From Fistulifera solaris (taxonomy: Eukaryota): a stretch of DNA of 64,000 nucleotides. The number at the start of each line of letters is the position of its first letter. Positions within the stretch are counted from its first letter, which is position 1. Below, piece after piece: positions 12,584 to 23,939 of this stretch. The position numbers and the translations under genes were made by a program. The stretch covers positions 1,240,001 to 1,304,000 of the forward strand of contig AP026128.1 in assembly GCA_030295235.1 (NCBI GenBank). Reading direction: 5' to 3'. Below the pieces are notes generated by a model that was not told the origin of the DNA, did not search any database, and saw only the letters and a program-made list of their open reading frames with translations.

Positions 12584-14217
12584 TTACTCTGGATTCAACA
12601 ATGATAACTGAACGTCATCGCTTGTCATTTCATTTCGTGTTTGCACAACTTCGTCATCCTCTATCTCGGATCGATGTCGCGCCACTTGGGCAAAATGGAC
12701 CCAATCACTTTTACACATTGTAAGTCAATGTGGACTAAAAGGCAACGAGGCAAACCGGTCCATGTAAACCATCTTTACCTACCTTGTGAAACACATGTAG
12801 CCATAGAGCAATGTCAACATGGCATACCCCAGTGTCATACCAGTATACAATCCGACCAAATCCATTCTCCAATATTTGAGACAGAAGAATACTCCGGGCA
12901 CTTGACCGCCCCAACTAGCAAGGAAGCCGTACCAGAATACTTCGCGAGTCCGTCCCATACTGTACGGGATTCGCTCAATTGCAATCGATAAATTCATTAG
13001 TACCAGTGTCGTCATAAGGGCCACTTGGCTCCATCCAGTTCCGCCAAGAATTGTTCATCTGCCGTAAAGAGGCGACCTAGTAGTCGTATATTTCCGACAA
13101 TGAATCCGCCCAACAACGTCAAAATGACTGCACTCATATAAATTCCCACTTCCCCCGCCTGTTTTGCACCTAGCGCATCTTGTTTCCCCAACCGTATTGT
13201 CGTCTGAATCCCCGCGGCGCTACTGAGTGCACTAATTAGAGTTAAGACAATCCACATGACGCGGTAACTTGTGTTGAATACAGCGACGGCTGTTTCCCCC
13301 AGATACTTGGCTACGAATGTCCCAATGACCGCCACCCTCCAGAAATCCGAAGCCGAAGCGAGCGCGGCCGGTACATATAGATCCAAAAACGTTCGAATGC
13401 GTGTAGAAGTGACTTCGGACCATTTCCATCCACCCCAACAGGGTTGATGCAGTTGTTGCTTGTGAATATAAATGATCCATAAAAAGGCCAACTGAAAATA
13501 AACAACACACGTCGTAACCCACGGACAAGCTCGAAATCCGTAGCCCTCCCATTCAGGAATACCAACTCCGAGTACAAAAACGAGTCCAGCGATTAGATTC
13601 AATAGCATAGCAACGGTCGCTGCATTGACTTCCGGATGCATGATTCGCTGTGCTTGAAAGTATTGTGAAAGTTGTGAAAAACCCAACTGCGCGGGTAAGC
13701 TCAACGACAAGACTCGTGCATAATATCCCGCCATGGAGGCGGCCATCGATTCTGTTCCCATTAGTGTCCAAAACCACGCGGTCGTTTGCCAAATGAGCAT
13801 AATCAGAAGTACTACACCCATGAGCACCCATAAACTGACTTGCAAATAAATTCCCGCCAGTTTCGGATTTCCCGCGCCCACGGCATTCCCACAGAGTATA
13901 CTCAAGACACGCGCTTGTATAAATACGCCCGTGCACATGGTAAAGAGATCCGACAAGGACGAAGCCACGAGGGCTTGGGCACTGATATGTCCCAACAAAG
14001 CCGAGTCGGTCGTTTTCATGCCGACCCACGAAAGCATACTTCCGAAAATGGGAATCCCGAGTATTATGGTATCGTACGCATCTTGCCACGCGGATGGTCG
14101 TAGAGTCTCAGACGTTATTGGTTTTGAGTCGTCTTTATTGTCTAATTCGTCATCCTGTGTGGGGAGGGCGTCAAACGCGATCGATTGAATGAGCGAACCT
14201 TTCTCTTCGTCGGGCAT
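12584..14217 (-). CDS. MATE family efflux transporter
   Basis: Multiple TM helices with MATE motifs (TDSALLGH, LCGNAVGAGN, LSQYFQAQ, IRLGKQD). A 1-base frameshift at ~13017 (KWP/FMTTLVLM) leads into ORF 12779-13024. A short intron near 12710-12785 leads to a last exon DWVHFAQVARHRSE...LLNPE* ending at 12584. Confidence 0.9.
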
Positions 14218-14400
14218 TTTCTTTACAGTAAAAAAATTCTCTGTGGTGGATCCTTTAAGTCTATTTACAAAGAAGGAAAAACAATTGGAGACGAGGAGAC
14301 TACAAGTATTGTTGCGTTATAAACAAGTCGTTGTTCTCGAGAATTTTGTGTGATGGGATGAGGTGTTTTTTCACGCAAAATAAAAATAAGGAGAAGTCAA

Positions 14401-14969
14401 TCCAGATTTTCTGGACAACTGAAAATACCAAACACCCAGATTTCCTGGGAACGTGAATACAACTGGTCCAGATTTTCTGGACCAACGTAAATACCACACT
14501 CCCAGATTTGCTGGGAACGTAAATAGTACTGGTCCAGATTTTCTGGACCAATGTAAATACCACTCACCCAGATTTCCTGGGAAAGTGGAAATAGTGCTGG
14601 TCCAGATTTTCTGGACAACTGTAAATACCAAACACCCAGATTTCCTGGGAACGTGAAAATACAACTGGTCCAGATTTTCTGGACCAACGTAAATACCACA
14701 CTCCCAGATTTCCTGGGAAAGTGGAAATAGTACTGGTCCAGATTTTCTGGACCACTGCAAATGCCACTCCCCAGATTTCCTGGGAACGTGAAAATACAAC
14801 TGGTCCAGATTTTCTGGACCAATGTAAATACCACACTCCCAGACTTCCTGGGAAAGTGGAAATAGTACTGGTCCAGATTTTCTGGACCACTGAAATACTA
14901 CACTCCCAGATTTCCTGGGAACGTGAAAATCGGCGTGCGGTGTTTTCACGCTCCCAGGAAATCTGGGAG
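14401..14969. repeat. Tandem ~68-bp array of two alternating palindromes, ending in a 27-bp inverted repeat
   Basis: TCCAGATTTTCTGGA at 14401, 14467, 14533, 14601, 14669, 14737, 14804 and 14872, each followed ~34 bp later by CCCAGATTTCCTGGG (8 copies, two with one mismatch). Arms 14903-14929 and 14943-14969 are reverse complements at 26/27 positions. Confidence 0.95.
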
Positions 14970-15329
14970 AGTGATTGTTACACGAGTGTTTCCAGAAAGT
15001 ATGGTCGTGGTAATTCCACGTTTACACATATCCAGAAAATCTGTCACGCACACTCGCTTCGCTCCAGACCGGGACTGCTTTGATTATTTTAGTCGGAGAA
15101 AAAAGTAATCTACATATTACGCCATACTAAGTGTCATCGTTGACTCACCTACATTCTGTTGTACAGTCGTGCCTGGCACGCACCGCGAAACAAACCACGT
15201 CTCTTTTGCGTTTTTCTTTTCTTTTGCAGAATTCTTATTCGACGCAACAAATCTTTCTCATTGTGCGTTCTTCGACTTTGTGTTACGACAAAAAACGATC
15301 CCAGCTCTTTCTCTTTCATCATTTGCATC

Positions 15330-16583
15330 ATGAAGAAGCTCAATACAGTCGTGCTTGCACTGTCCGTGTCGCCCGCCGTGGCTTGGTTGTCTCCTTCCTC
15401 TACGAATTCTGTGTCATTGACCGTCAACGCGCGTTACTTCACTCCACTTCATGACAATACCTGGTTACTTCACGCCAAGAATAATCAAAAAGACGAAGAA
15501 GAATCCAAGAAACTACCACAGTCTCTCAAAAGCAATAAAAACAGCGGAAAACAATCTTTGGCGAAAGGCATGGAATTGAAACAAATTCGGGACGAGTTAC
15601 GAAATCTGCGAGAATCTCTCATGTGGGCCGAAGCGATGCACGACGAAGAAAGGATGCAGAACCTCATTCAACTGATTGATTGTCACGAACAACGGGATCC
15701 GGAACTCGTGTATGCCCATACGCTGACAGCAATCGCGCAAGCACAAGCCAAGTTTGATTGCGATCCCGTCGAAAAAGGACGAGAGATTCAAACACTCAAA
15801 CAGAGAGCGCAAAGCTTGCGCTCGCAGTTGCCGCGGTTTCAAATGGAAGGACTTTGGGTTGGAGCGTACGTATGACATTCGTTATTGTTCTCTGCGTTCC
15901 TTTGACATTCCCGTTAACACAGAATTGTTTCTCTTTCACATAGATACGGCGAAAATGACCTGCAGCTGGTCAATATCACGTACCGCGGTGATACCTTGGT
16001 AGCAACCAAAACTACCGGAGACACCAATGTACCCCGCGGACAAGTCAGTTTCACGGCCGATCTCAGTCCCTCGCGTCACAACAACGAGACGACCGTGACG
16101 CGCTACCAAGGACAAGGACAAGTGGCGCAACATGGCTTTGTGCAACACAAATTCGTCAATGGGCATCTATTGTTGCAAGAAGACAGTATCTACACAAGTG
16201 ATACGGATTCTTACAAAGGCTTCTCGTTCGTGTGGTACGCGGAACGACAACACAAAGTCGTCTTTCAGCGACCCACGCCACAACAAACACTGAATCTATT
16301 GAGAGATACTCTAAGTCGAGAAGATGAATTGGAGAATATGCGAACGCATTTGACACGGTGTTTAGATTTGGATGCAACCGATGCACTGGCACGACAGCAT
16401 GCGGGGAAACTCGATGACGAACCGTTTCGACGCATTCGGCGACTCGACGAACTCGAACAAGACGATCCCGTACCGAAGAAAGAATGGGGTCTCTGGAGAC
16501 GCTATTTAAGTGAAGGGATTTGGAAGAATATACTATCTCGAAAGAAGGAGAACGGATGGGATGACTTGGAAATGGGATTCTGA
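15330..16583 (+). CDS. Probably plastid-targeted DUF3506 (Cyclin-D1-binding/EXECUTER C-terminal-like) protein, 2 exons
   Basis: Presequence MKKLNTVVLALSVSPAVA-WLSP. Intron 15866-15943 joins MEGLWVGA to YGENDLQLVNITYRGDTLVATKTTGDTNVPRGQVSF...YQGQGQVAQHGF, the DUF3506 signature. Confidence 0.75.
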
Positions 16584-16661
16584 TATTTTGAATGAGTCGT
16601 GACTTCCTATTAGAATGATACAAATAAATTTAGTCGATGTAATGTCTTATAGACTGATTTG

Positions 16662-17498
16662 TTACGATAATTTGGGCGGTGTTTCGTACACAATAGGGGC
16701 CATGGGAGCCGCGCGTTCAAAGAATGGAGAATTGATGTAAATTTCCCAACCGATCAAAAGGAAAATCCCCAACCACGCCCCCGCTTCGAGTACTTTATTG
16801 AATTGAATTTCCCCCTTGGCGTTTGTCATTTCGAACGGTAATTGCAATGGCTCTGCTTCGACCGGCTTGGCGGCATCGCGAGCTACTGCCGCTTGACGAC
16901 GTTGTTCTTTCCGCGACACGGTAGGACTAGGACCGGTGCGGCCCAAATCGACCAAATCGGGGATACTCTCATCGATGGGTTCATCGAATTCAAACTTTCG
17001 TTCCAACGAACGATCTCTCAATAACTCATCAAGAGAGCGAACAGTTTGTTGATTGGCAGAGCCCATCATGTTGACGGTGATTTCGTCTGGATTGGTTGAG
17101 ATTTTCCGTTTGGGTTTCTTGGAGGGAGTTGTCGTGGCTTTGTCACTGTCTTGATCGTCTTCTCCCAAATCAAAGTCCGGAAGATCATTCAAGTCATCTC
17201 CTTCACTATCAAAAGAAGAAGATGACTCACTGGGAGATTCGTCAGTTCGCTTCCGACGTCTCTTTTTCGTGACATGTAACGGCGATAAGGACGACCTTTG
17301 TAGAGATGAGATTGAGTTTGTTGGAAAAACAACGAACGCGTGCGTCGACAGCAAAAAGCTGCAGCCTATCACTAACTGTAGACAAATCATCATCTTCATC
17401 AGCGGTTTTATCTTTTCTAACAAGATGCGGATAATAACAATGATACAAATAAAATAGAGGGTCGAGGCCTCCGGGTTGATCATTGATGTTGTTGACAA
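16662..17498 (-). CDS. Probably plastid-targeted protein with a single C-terminal TM helix; true start likely at MKMMICL
   Basis: Signal peptide ending STHA-FVV, then a Ser-rich transit-like region, an acidic middle and C-terminal GAWLGIFLLIGWEIYINSPFFERAAP. Confidence 0.7.
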   Translation of the reverse strand: MSTTSMINPEASTLYFICIIVIIRILLEKIKPLMKMMICLQLVIGCSFLLSTHAFVVFPTNSISSLQRSSLSPLHVTKKRRRKRTDESPSESSSSFDSEGDDLNDLPDFDLGEDDQDSDKATTTPSKKPKRKISTNPDEITVNMMGSANQQTVRSLDELLRDRSLERKFEFDEPIDESIPDLVDLGRTGPSPTVSRKEQRRQAAVARDAAKPVEAEPLQLPFEMTNAKGEIQFNKVLEAGAWLGIFLLIGWEIYINSPFFERAAPMAPIVYETPPKLS

Positions 17499-17732
17499 AA
17501 AATCCTTCGTCGGACGTCATTGAGGTCTGTCCGTGAGCGCGATCAACATTGCACGGGACTGGGTTTCATTGAGTCGGGAAAAGTAATCTACACTTTGTAA
17601 TATAGTAGTCGTGCCCAATCCTTAACCTTATTCTTCCTCTCATCCCGCCGCTCGAAGCATAAACCTTACAGCACAAAGAGCAATAACACAAAACAATAAT
17701 GAATCTTTCCCTTTTCTCTTCTATGTATTACA

Positions 17733-18607
17733 ATGACGGAAGGAAATAACGCTTCATCTTCCGAAACTCGTCTCGAGAATACGATAGTCTGTCTTCCGGT
17801 CGCCACTGGCAGTGTAGCGTTCTATTTGGGCAACAAAAGTGACACACAAACGCACGAGTGGACTTTGTATGTGCGAGGACCTTCCGGAGAAGATTTGAGT
17901 GTTGTTTTAGAGAAAGTCATTTTCCAATTGCATCCTAGTTTTGCACAGCCAACGAGAGAACTGACAGAACCTCCCTATGAAGTGACAGAACGAGGATGGG
18001 GAGAATTTGAAGCGCAAATTCGATTGATATGGAAAGATCCTTCCGAGCAATCGGTGTTGGTATGTAAAGAAAAGCGCCCTGCACACAGATAGTCGCTTTT
18101 CTACATCTCGTTTACTCACCAACAAACGCATACAGTTGTCTCAACCCATCAAATTGTATCCACCCGGAGCGCCCCTTACTGCACAACAGCAACTGCAACA
18201 ATCGACCGAAACTCCCGTTGTCTCCCGAGACGTACGATGAAATCGTTATCACCAATCCCACCGAATCCTTTTATCAACAATTGCAAAGCATAGGAACTAC
18301 TCCTTCTTGTCAAGAATTATATTCTCAACACGCCCATTTTCCTACCTATTCGGATACCCAAGTTTGTCAAGCCATGTTGCAAGCACAAAAATTAGTCAAC
18401 GAACACTTGGCACAGACCAAACAAAATTTGATTCAACTTGATCACGATTTAGCCAATGTAGAAGAAGCATTACGGGTACAGCAAGATGAAGTGAGGAAAA
18501 AGGCGGCACGGAAAGCGGCACAGCAACCGACCAAGACTCCGGCGCCGACGAGCGCAACCACGGCGGCAACGACATCGACTGGCAATAAGAAACAAAAGAC
18601 AACATAA
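17733..18607 (+). CDS. YAF9: YEATS domain protein (Yaf9/GAS41), 2 exons
   Basis: THEWTLYVRG, KVIFQLHPSF, PPYEVTERGWGEFE. Intron 18060-18135 joins to LSQPIKLYP...ETYDEIVI and a C-terminal coiled coil. Confidence 0.9.
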
Positions 18608-18682
18608 CTAGTAGACTTTTTATGAAACACTGAATGTTTAGTCAATATTACACGCTATTTATTCATCGTTGCATTTCGATCG

Positions 18683-19882
18683 TTACCATTCACCCGGCCG
18701 CAGATCAGTCATCCGCGTACAATGATCGCACGCGGGATCCAGGATAGATTGCCGCAATTCATTCAGCAAGCGACTCCAGTTACTGGCTGTCGTCAAAACA
18801 AAGGCATTCGCTTCCAGGGCTACCAACAAAGAAGCCAACGCCATGAAACCCGGTTTCCCATCGTGTTGCAAGGAGAGATGAGGATTCTGATTGTATTGAT
18901 TGCTATCCGAAGATAATTGTTGTTTGTAGTACTCTTGAAAATAAGCGTCGACATAAATCTTCCATTCCTTGGGACTTTGCGACACAAACTCGTACACGGC
19001 ACTAGGATCCGTCGTCGACAAATAAACGTGTACTTGTTGCAAATCTTTGGCGAGGTCTACCACGGCACGAATATAGACGCTCATCGGCACCAATTTCATT
19101 TCATCCTCTTTGTCACCCCACCGTATATGCACTGTGATGAGATCTGGAGGAACGACTCCATTGGGAAACACGAGATGCAACTGCCGATTCGCTTCTCTTT
19201 GCAATGGCGAAGACAGTCTCGAAAACAAGTACTCCATTGCGGCAACTCTCCAGGCACTCACAGTCACATTGTGTTGCTCTCGGAAATCCCGACAGGCATT
19301 GTCGAGTAAGACACCTCGATCTTTGGTCAAATTCAAGGTTGTTGAGGATAGTGGTGATTGATTCATCGCCGCGGGCAAAGAACAGGCGGGTTCCGCAAGG
19401 GGAAAGTAGCAAGCCATGGGCGACGAGAACGAATCATCTTTGTTGCTGCTATCGCTCGCTCGTATCGCACAGTCTCCGCGACTCTGCCAGATCCAAGGTC
19501 CGATGGTTCGAATACGGACTTGATGCTGCATGGCATTACAGACCGCTTGACTCCATACATGCAAGTCACTCCCCAAGCCAAAGCGATTGCGAAACCAGAA
19601 ATTCGCCGAAGAAAGTGTGCAATTGTGTTGATGAGAATACAGTTGCTGTGCTAGTGGAGAAAGGGATTGATATGGACGAACAGCCGTCCAGTCTCGTCGT
19701 AAACGATTCACACGATGAGTAGGGTCGACGGTCTCAAAAGGATCATTGCTTCGTTGTGATTCCGACAAAGGAATGTGCACCAAACAAAGCCAAATCTGCA
19801 GCAGCGTCAGCAACGATACAGTCAGGGCGATTCGAATATATTTTCTGTTCCTTGGCATGACCCAAATCGAACACTGTTGCAC
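18683..19882 (-). CDS. Type II membrane glycosyltransferase, alpha-1,6-fucosyltransferase (GT23)-like
   Basis: N-terminal TM anchor; GLGSDLH, ITVHIRWGDK, VYLSTTD and FVLTTASNWSRL resemble the fucosyltransferase motifs of FUT8/NodZ. Confidence 0.7.
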   Translation of the reverse strand: MQQCSIWVMPRNRKYIRIALTVSLLTLLQIWLCLVHIPLSESQRSNDPFETVDPTHRVNRLRRDWTAVRPYQSLSPLAQQLYSHQHNCTLSSANFWFRNRFGLGSDLHVWSQAVCNAMQHQVRIRTIGPWIWQSRGDCAIRASDSSNKDDSFSSPMACYFPLAEPACSLPAAMNQSPLSSTTLNLTKDRGVLLDNACRDFREQHNVTVSAWRVAAMEYLFSRLSSPLQREANRQLHLVFPNGVVPPDLITVHIRWGDKEDEMKLVPMSVYIRAVVDLAKDLQQVHVYLSTTDPSAVYEFVSQSPKEWKIYVDAYFQEYYKQQLSSDSNQYNQNPHLSLQHDGKPGFMALASLLVALEANAFVLTTASNWSRLLNELRQSILDPACDHCTRMTDLRPGEW

Positions 19883-19969
19883 CGACTTTCACTGTGTAAT
19901 GGCACAGCATTGCTTTTGTTGATAAAAAATGAAAACAAAGTAATAAGCTCATGTCTGAAACTTGTAGTC

Positions 19970-20712
19970 ATCCGTATCATCCGTGTCGTCGACTGCCATT
20001 TTCACTATAATGGTAAAGTGTAGGTTCTACGCGATCGCGACCAAATTTCAGTCAGCATTCAGGATCGACATAATGAAACGACCTTGAAACGCCACAAAAG
20101 TGGTCCTCAAGCAAAAGCGTGAAGTGTATAATCAAATGCCATGGAAATATGAATGTATGAACTAACTATTATCTTCATTCGAGATGCAGCTATTTGCGGC
20201 GAAAAGCATCCGTATCGTCGACAGCCATTTTCACTATGATGGTAAAGTGTAGGTTCTACGCGATCGCGACTAACTCTTAGTCACTTGAAACGCCACCGAA
20301 GCAATGAGAGCACCAAAGTTGTCCACAAACAGAAGCGCAAAGTGTATAATCAAATGTCATAGAAATACCAATATATGAACTACGGAGTAACTATCATCTT
20401 CATTCGAACGCAACTAGTTGCGTCGAAAAGCATCCGTATCGTCGACAGCCATTTTCACTATGATGGTAAAGTGTAGGTTCTACGCGATCGCGACTAAATC
20501 TCAGTCACTTGAAACGCCACCGAAGCAATGAGAGCACCAAAGTTGTCCACAAACAGAAGCGCAAAGTGTATAATCAAATGTCATAGAAATACCAATATAT
20601 GAACTTACTATCACCTTTACTTGAAACGCAACTATTTGCGTCGAAAAGCATCCGTATCGTCGACTGCCATTTGTCACTATGGTGGTAAAGTGTATGTTGT
20701 ACGCTATCGCAA
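19970..20712. repeat. Intergenic tandem repeat, ~3.3 copies of a ~220-230 bp unit
   Basis: CCATTT(T/G)TCACTA...GGTAAAGTGTA...TACGC recurs at 19996, 20225, 20449 and 20667 (periods 229, 224 and 218 bp). Confidence 0.9.
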
Positions 20713-20947
20713 AAGAATTCATGGTTCGTGACTGAAGTCCTGTCGTGATGAAGTACCGCTTGCGTTGCGAAACTATTTTTTTGAAATATTAGTCAATGTC
20801 GAAATGATATTAATATAAAAGAATGCTTTTAACTCGTATAAACAATTAAATCGAGCAACAGTAGTTAGCATGAAGGCAAGTCATCGTAAAGCTATTTATA
20901 ATTCGACATATATCAGCAAACTCACGGTGCTCCGACGAGTGACCTCT

Positions 20948-21562
20948 TTAGTACTCTCGCACTAACCCACTCGCAACAATTCTGACTGGAGATTTCGGTG
21001 CATTCTTGGGTGGTTGAACGGGAACCTTTTCAATTTCTTTAACGACGTTGAAGGTAGCATCTGTTACCTTCCCAAAGGCTGCATATCGATCATCGGCCCA
21101 TCCGGCGTCGTCGGTGCATTGCACAAAGAACCGAGAATCTGCAGAGTTGGGAAGTCCCGTCGAGACCAATCCTCTTTGCGTGTGTTTTATACTGTAATTG
21201 TCAACTGTAGTGGTGGGGGAGTTCTCGATGGCGCCTCCTTGAATGGAAAAATCAGAAAGCACTCGATAGAAAGATGACCCGGCGTAGGCGTTATTTCGGC
21301 AGAGTTCGAGAAAATTGCCAACAACATTGGGCATTTCCTTGCCAAATAAATCAATTTCCAGTCGTTGAATCGGCTTTTCCGATATTTGAATGTCCATGTA
21401 TACCGTGTGCGTCACGGCAGGAGTGATCGTTTCGTCCGCCGACACGACAGATGCCGTGCTGAGAACCCATGCACTGCTCCCTATCAGTGCTTGCCGCCTA
21501 CTGCACGAGCTCCATGCATGAATGGGAGAGAATAAAAGTGAAAGAAGAAGAATAACTCGCAT
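20948..21562 (-). CDS. Cyclophilin-type PPIase, probably thylakoid lumen
   Basis: Start MRVILLLSLLFSPIHA-WSS, then twin-Arg SRRQALIG and a second hydrophobic segment. Cyclophilin core VYMDIQI, LFGKEMP, SSFYRV, IQGG, YAAFGKV. Confidence 0.85.
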   Translation of the reverse strand: MRVILLLSLLFSPIHAWSSCSRRQALIGSSAWVLSTASVVSADETITPAVTHTVYMDIQISEKPIQRLEIDLFGKEMPNVVGNFLELCRNNAYAGSSFYRVLSDFSIQGGAIENSPTTTVDNYSIKHTQRGLVSTGLPNSADSRFFVQCTDDAGWADDRYAAFGKVTDATFNVVKEIEKVPVQPPKNAPKSPVRIVASGLVREY

Positions 21563-21912
21563 TCTCTCCTGGTTGTGAGTCGTTGCCGATGGTTTTGTTT
21601 TGTTATGATCGCCGATCGCCTTCTTGGCGGCTCGATGCGACTTCAACGTAAATCCGTGTTAGTGTCGCACTGTGGGCTCGAGGAGTCTCGTCCTTTCCTT
21701 GGTCTCATAGGAGTAATGTTGGTCTCGTCATGTTTGCGACGACGAGCGAGGAAATTATTTTGAATGCGAAATTTTTGGCGAAAAGATACGCGCTTCTTTC
21801 CAAAATGTTTATAATCAAGTGATACCCAGAAATCATTCTTTGTAAGTTGTGTTTTATTACAGTTGCTGTCATTGCTAAAGTATCGAGCGCTTCTATAGAT
21901 CTGAACTGAAAT

Positions 21913-23001
21913 TCAACAGATTGGTACGTCTTTCGACACGTCTATGCATGTGAGCGAGATCGTGACTTTTTGCCTTTGAACACCTCGTCGTTTCTCCTCG
22001 GTGCTCACGCCGCTGCGCGAACAAGTCTTGGGTATTGTTGTAGGTGAGCGATCTTTCTTTTCGCACTCCTTATTCTTTCTCTGCAGGCTCGATCCACTTG
22101 GTACATGATGGGGACTTTTTGGTGAAGTAATTGCTTTTGGCTGGGTAGCACGATGCTCATGGTGATTATCTCTGTGTTTGCGGTGCTTCGTGTCACAATT
22201 GTGGCTCTTTGTCCTTCTGACACCTCTCTCCGTCGGCGCTGTTCGACGACCAGCTTTAGGCAAAGGATCTTTGGTGGTGGCACCAAGATCAACACGGTTT
22301 CCTATTTTTTTATGATCAGCTTCTCCTCGTACGTCGTGGTCATCTAATTTCGATCGCGCAGGTCGTTTCGACCTTCCCGCGTGGCAGCCACTGCCAGCTG
22401 TCTTGGCTCTGTAGGTGGGTCGTTTGTGCTCTGTTGAATGTTGATTACTTGACACTTGAAGCTCTTTGTCTGGCATATCTTCTGGTGATACGTCGTCGAT
22501 CGGGTCATGCAAACTATCCAAGGATGACGTTGACGAATCATCATCTCTGCAATGATCGTGTGGTTTCATAGAGTTGCTACTTATTTCTTTGCCGATCAAC
22601 TCCCCCATGCTGGAGTCATCAGTGGACTGCTCTGTTTGAGCTCTATGTGTCACCGTCTTGATCATGGTTGTCCCTTTTAACAAAGTTGTTGTGATATTGC
22701 TTGCCGTCTTGGAAAGAGCTGATATAAGCGATTTTCCATCGTCTGCTTCGTCATCGGAGTTAGCACTGCGATCCAAATCAGGAGTACGGTCTTTTTGACG
22801 AAGAGGAAATCGTAGCTTTGACGCTGCATTTGATAGTGTTGCACGAAAATGGCCCGCGACGGATTCATTCTCCGACTCTTCTGATTTGCTTTCGTCGATA
22901 TCGTCGTGAGCGCCCCATTTCTCAGCAACATAACGTCTCAATGAAGTACGATAAGCTTGTTGACGTGCCGAGCTCAAAGGTTCTGTTTGAATACCTGTCA
23001 T
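21913..23001 (-). CDS. Low-complexity, probably disordered hypothetical protein
   Basis: 362-aa uninterrupted ORF rich in Ser/Asp then Lys/Arg/His; no domain recognised. Confidence 0.6.
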   Translation of the reverse strand: MTGIQTEPLSSARQQAYRTSLRRYVAEKWGAHDDIDESKSEESENESVAGHFRATLSNAASKLRFPLRQKDRTPDLDRSANSDDEADDGKSLISALSKTASNITTTLLKGTTMIKTVTHRAQTEQSTDDSSMGELIGKEISSNSMKPHDHCRDDDSSTSSLDSLHDPIDDVSPEDMPDKELQVSSNQHSTEHKRPTYRAKTAGSGCHAGRSKRPARSKLDDHDVRGEADHKKIGNRVDLGATTKDPLPKAGRRTAPTERGVRRTKSHNCDTKHRKHRDNHHEHRATQPKAITSPKSPHHVPSGSSLQRKNKECEKKDRSPTTIPKTCSRSGVSTEEKRRGVQRQKVTISLTCIDVSKDVPIC

Positions 23002-23939
23002 TGTTTTAATTCGGTTCCTGCCCCGAGTATTTGATCAATTTTAATGCTCGAAAATCAAAAGCAATGAACGATTCGTTCGACGGAACGGTTTCGCGGATGG
23101 GGGCACACATCACACATGCAACGCGAAGATCTTGGCAATGCAAAAGAAGGCATCGAGAGTGTCATTCTCTTAGGCTTTTTGATTGATAACAATTCAGTAC
23201 TAATTATTCGTGGTAATGGAGAAGGAACAAAGAACAGAGGAAGAAGGAAGAAAAAACAAAAGTGTCAAAAATGCATCCGCATTTTAGGAAAATTAGGAAT
23301 TAAATATTTAGTCTGTTAAAATTGTTAAATTAAGAAAAAACAAATCAGAACTTTAGAAAGTGTGTCCGATCTCCTAAATCCTTTGAATTCACTGTAAAGT
23401 ATTTTGTAGCCCACTTTCGCATCGGCCAGTCATTAGTCATTAGGTCATCGGTCCTGGCTTTTTATTGAAAAAGGAAACCTTATCTGGCGTCTTTATGCTC
23501 TGGTCTAGGGTCTAGATTCTAGATCTAGAACTAGAGAAGGCCCGGTCCAGCGTCTAGCGGCACGAGCCACGATTACGATTACTGTATAGCCAATCTCTAC
23601 CCCTGGTAGAAACTAGAGGGACTCCAGCTCCGAAAAACCATTCCGTTACCAATCAATAGCCCACACCGCACACGATCAAAAATTCTACGTATTTAAGATC
23701 TTTATCACGTTGACCCCCAGATCCCTGTTCCATGTTCTCTCGTAAAGGCTAAAGGCTTTTCTAATCGCCAGTAAGCGACAAAGTGACCTTTCTTCGTATT
23801 CATTCTTCGTCAAAGCATGATTCTTATCGAAATTGTGAAGCCTTGAGAAACTAGCTACCAGTATCACCGAAACTCCAATTCGATGTTGCAGAATGCAGAC
23901 TCGATCCAGGAGACTTGAATTGCCTATATTGAAGTTGGA

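Noticed and set aside
14300..15083. ORFs with GPENLDQ / VQKIWTS / SRKSG repeats
   Set aside because: They are translations of the 68-bp array in rotating frames on both strands, with no coding signature.
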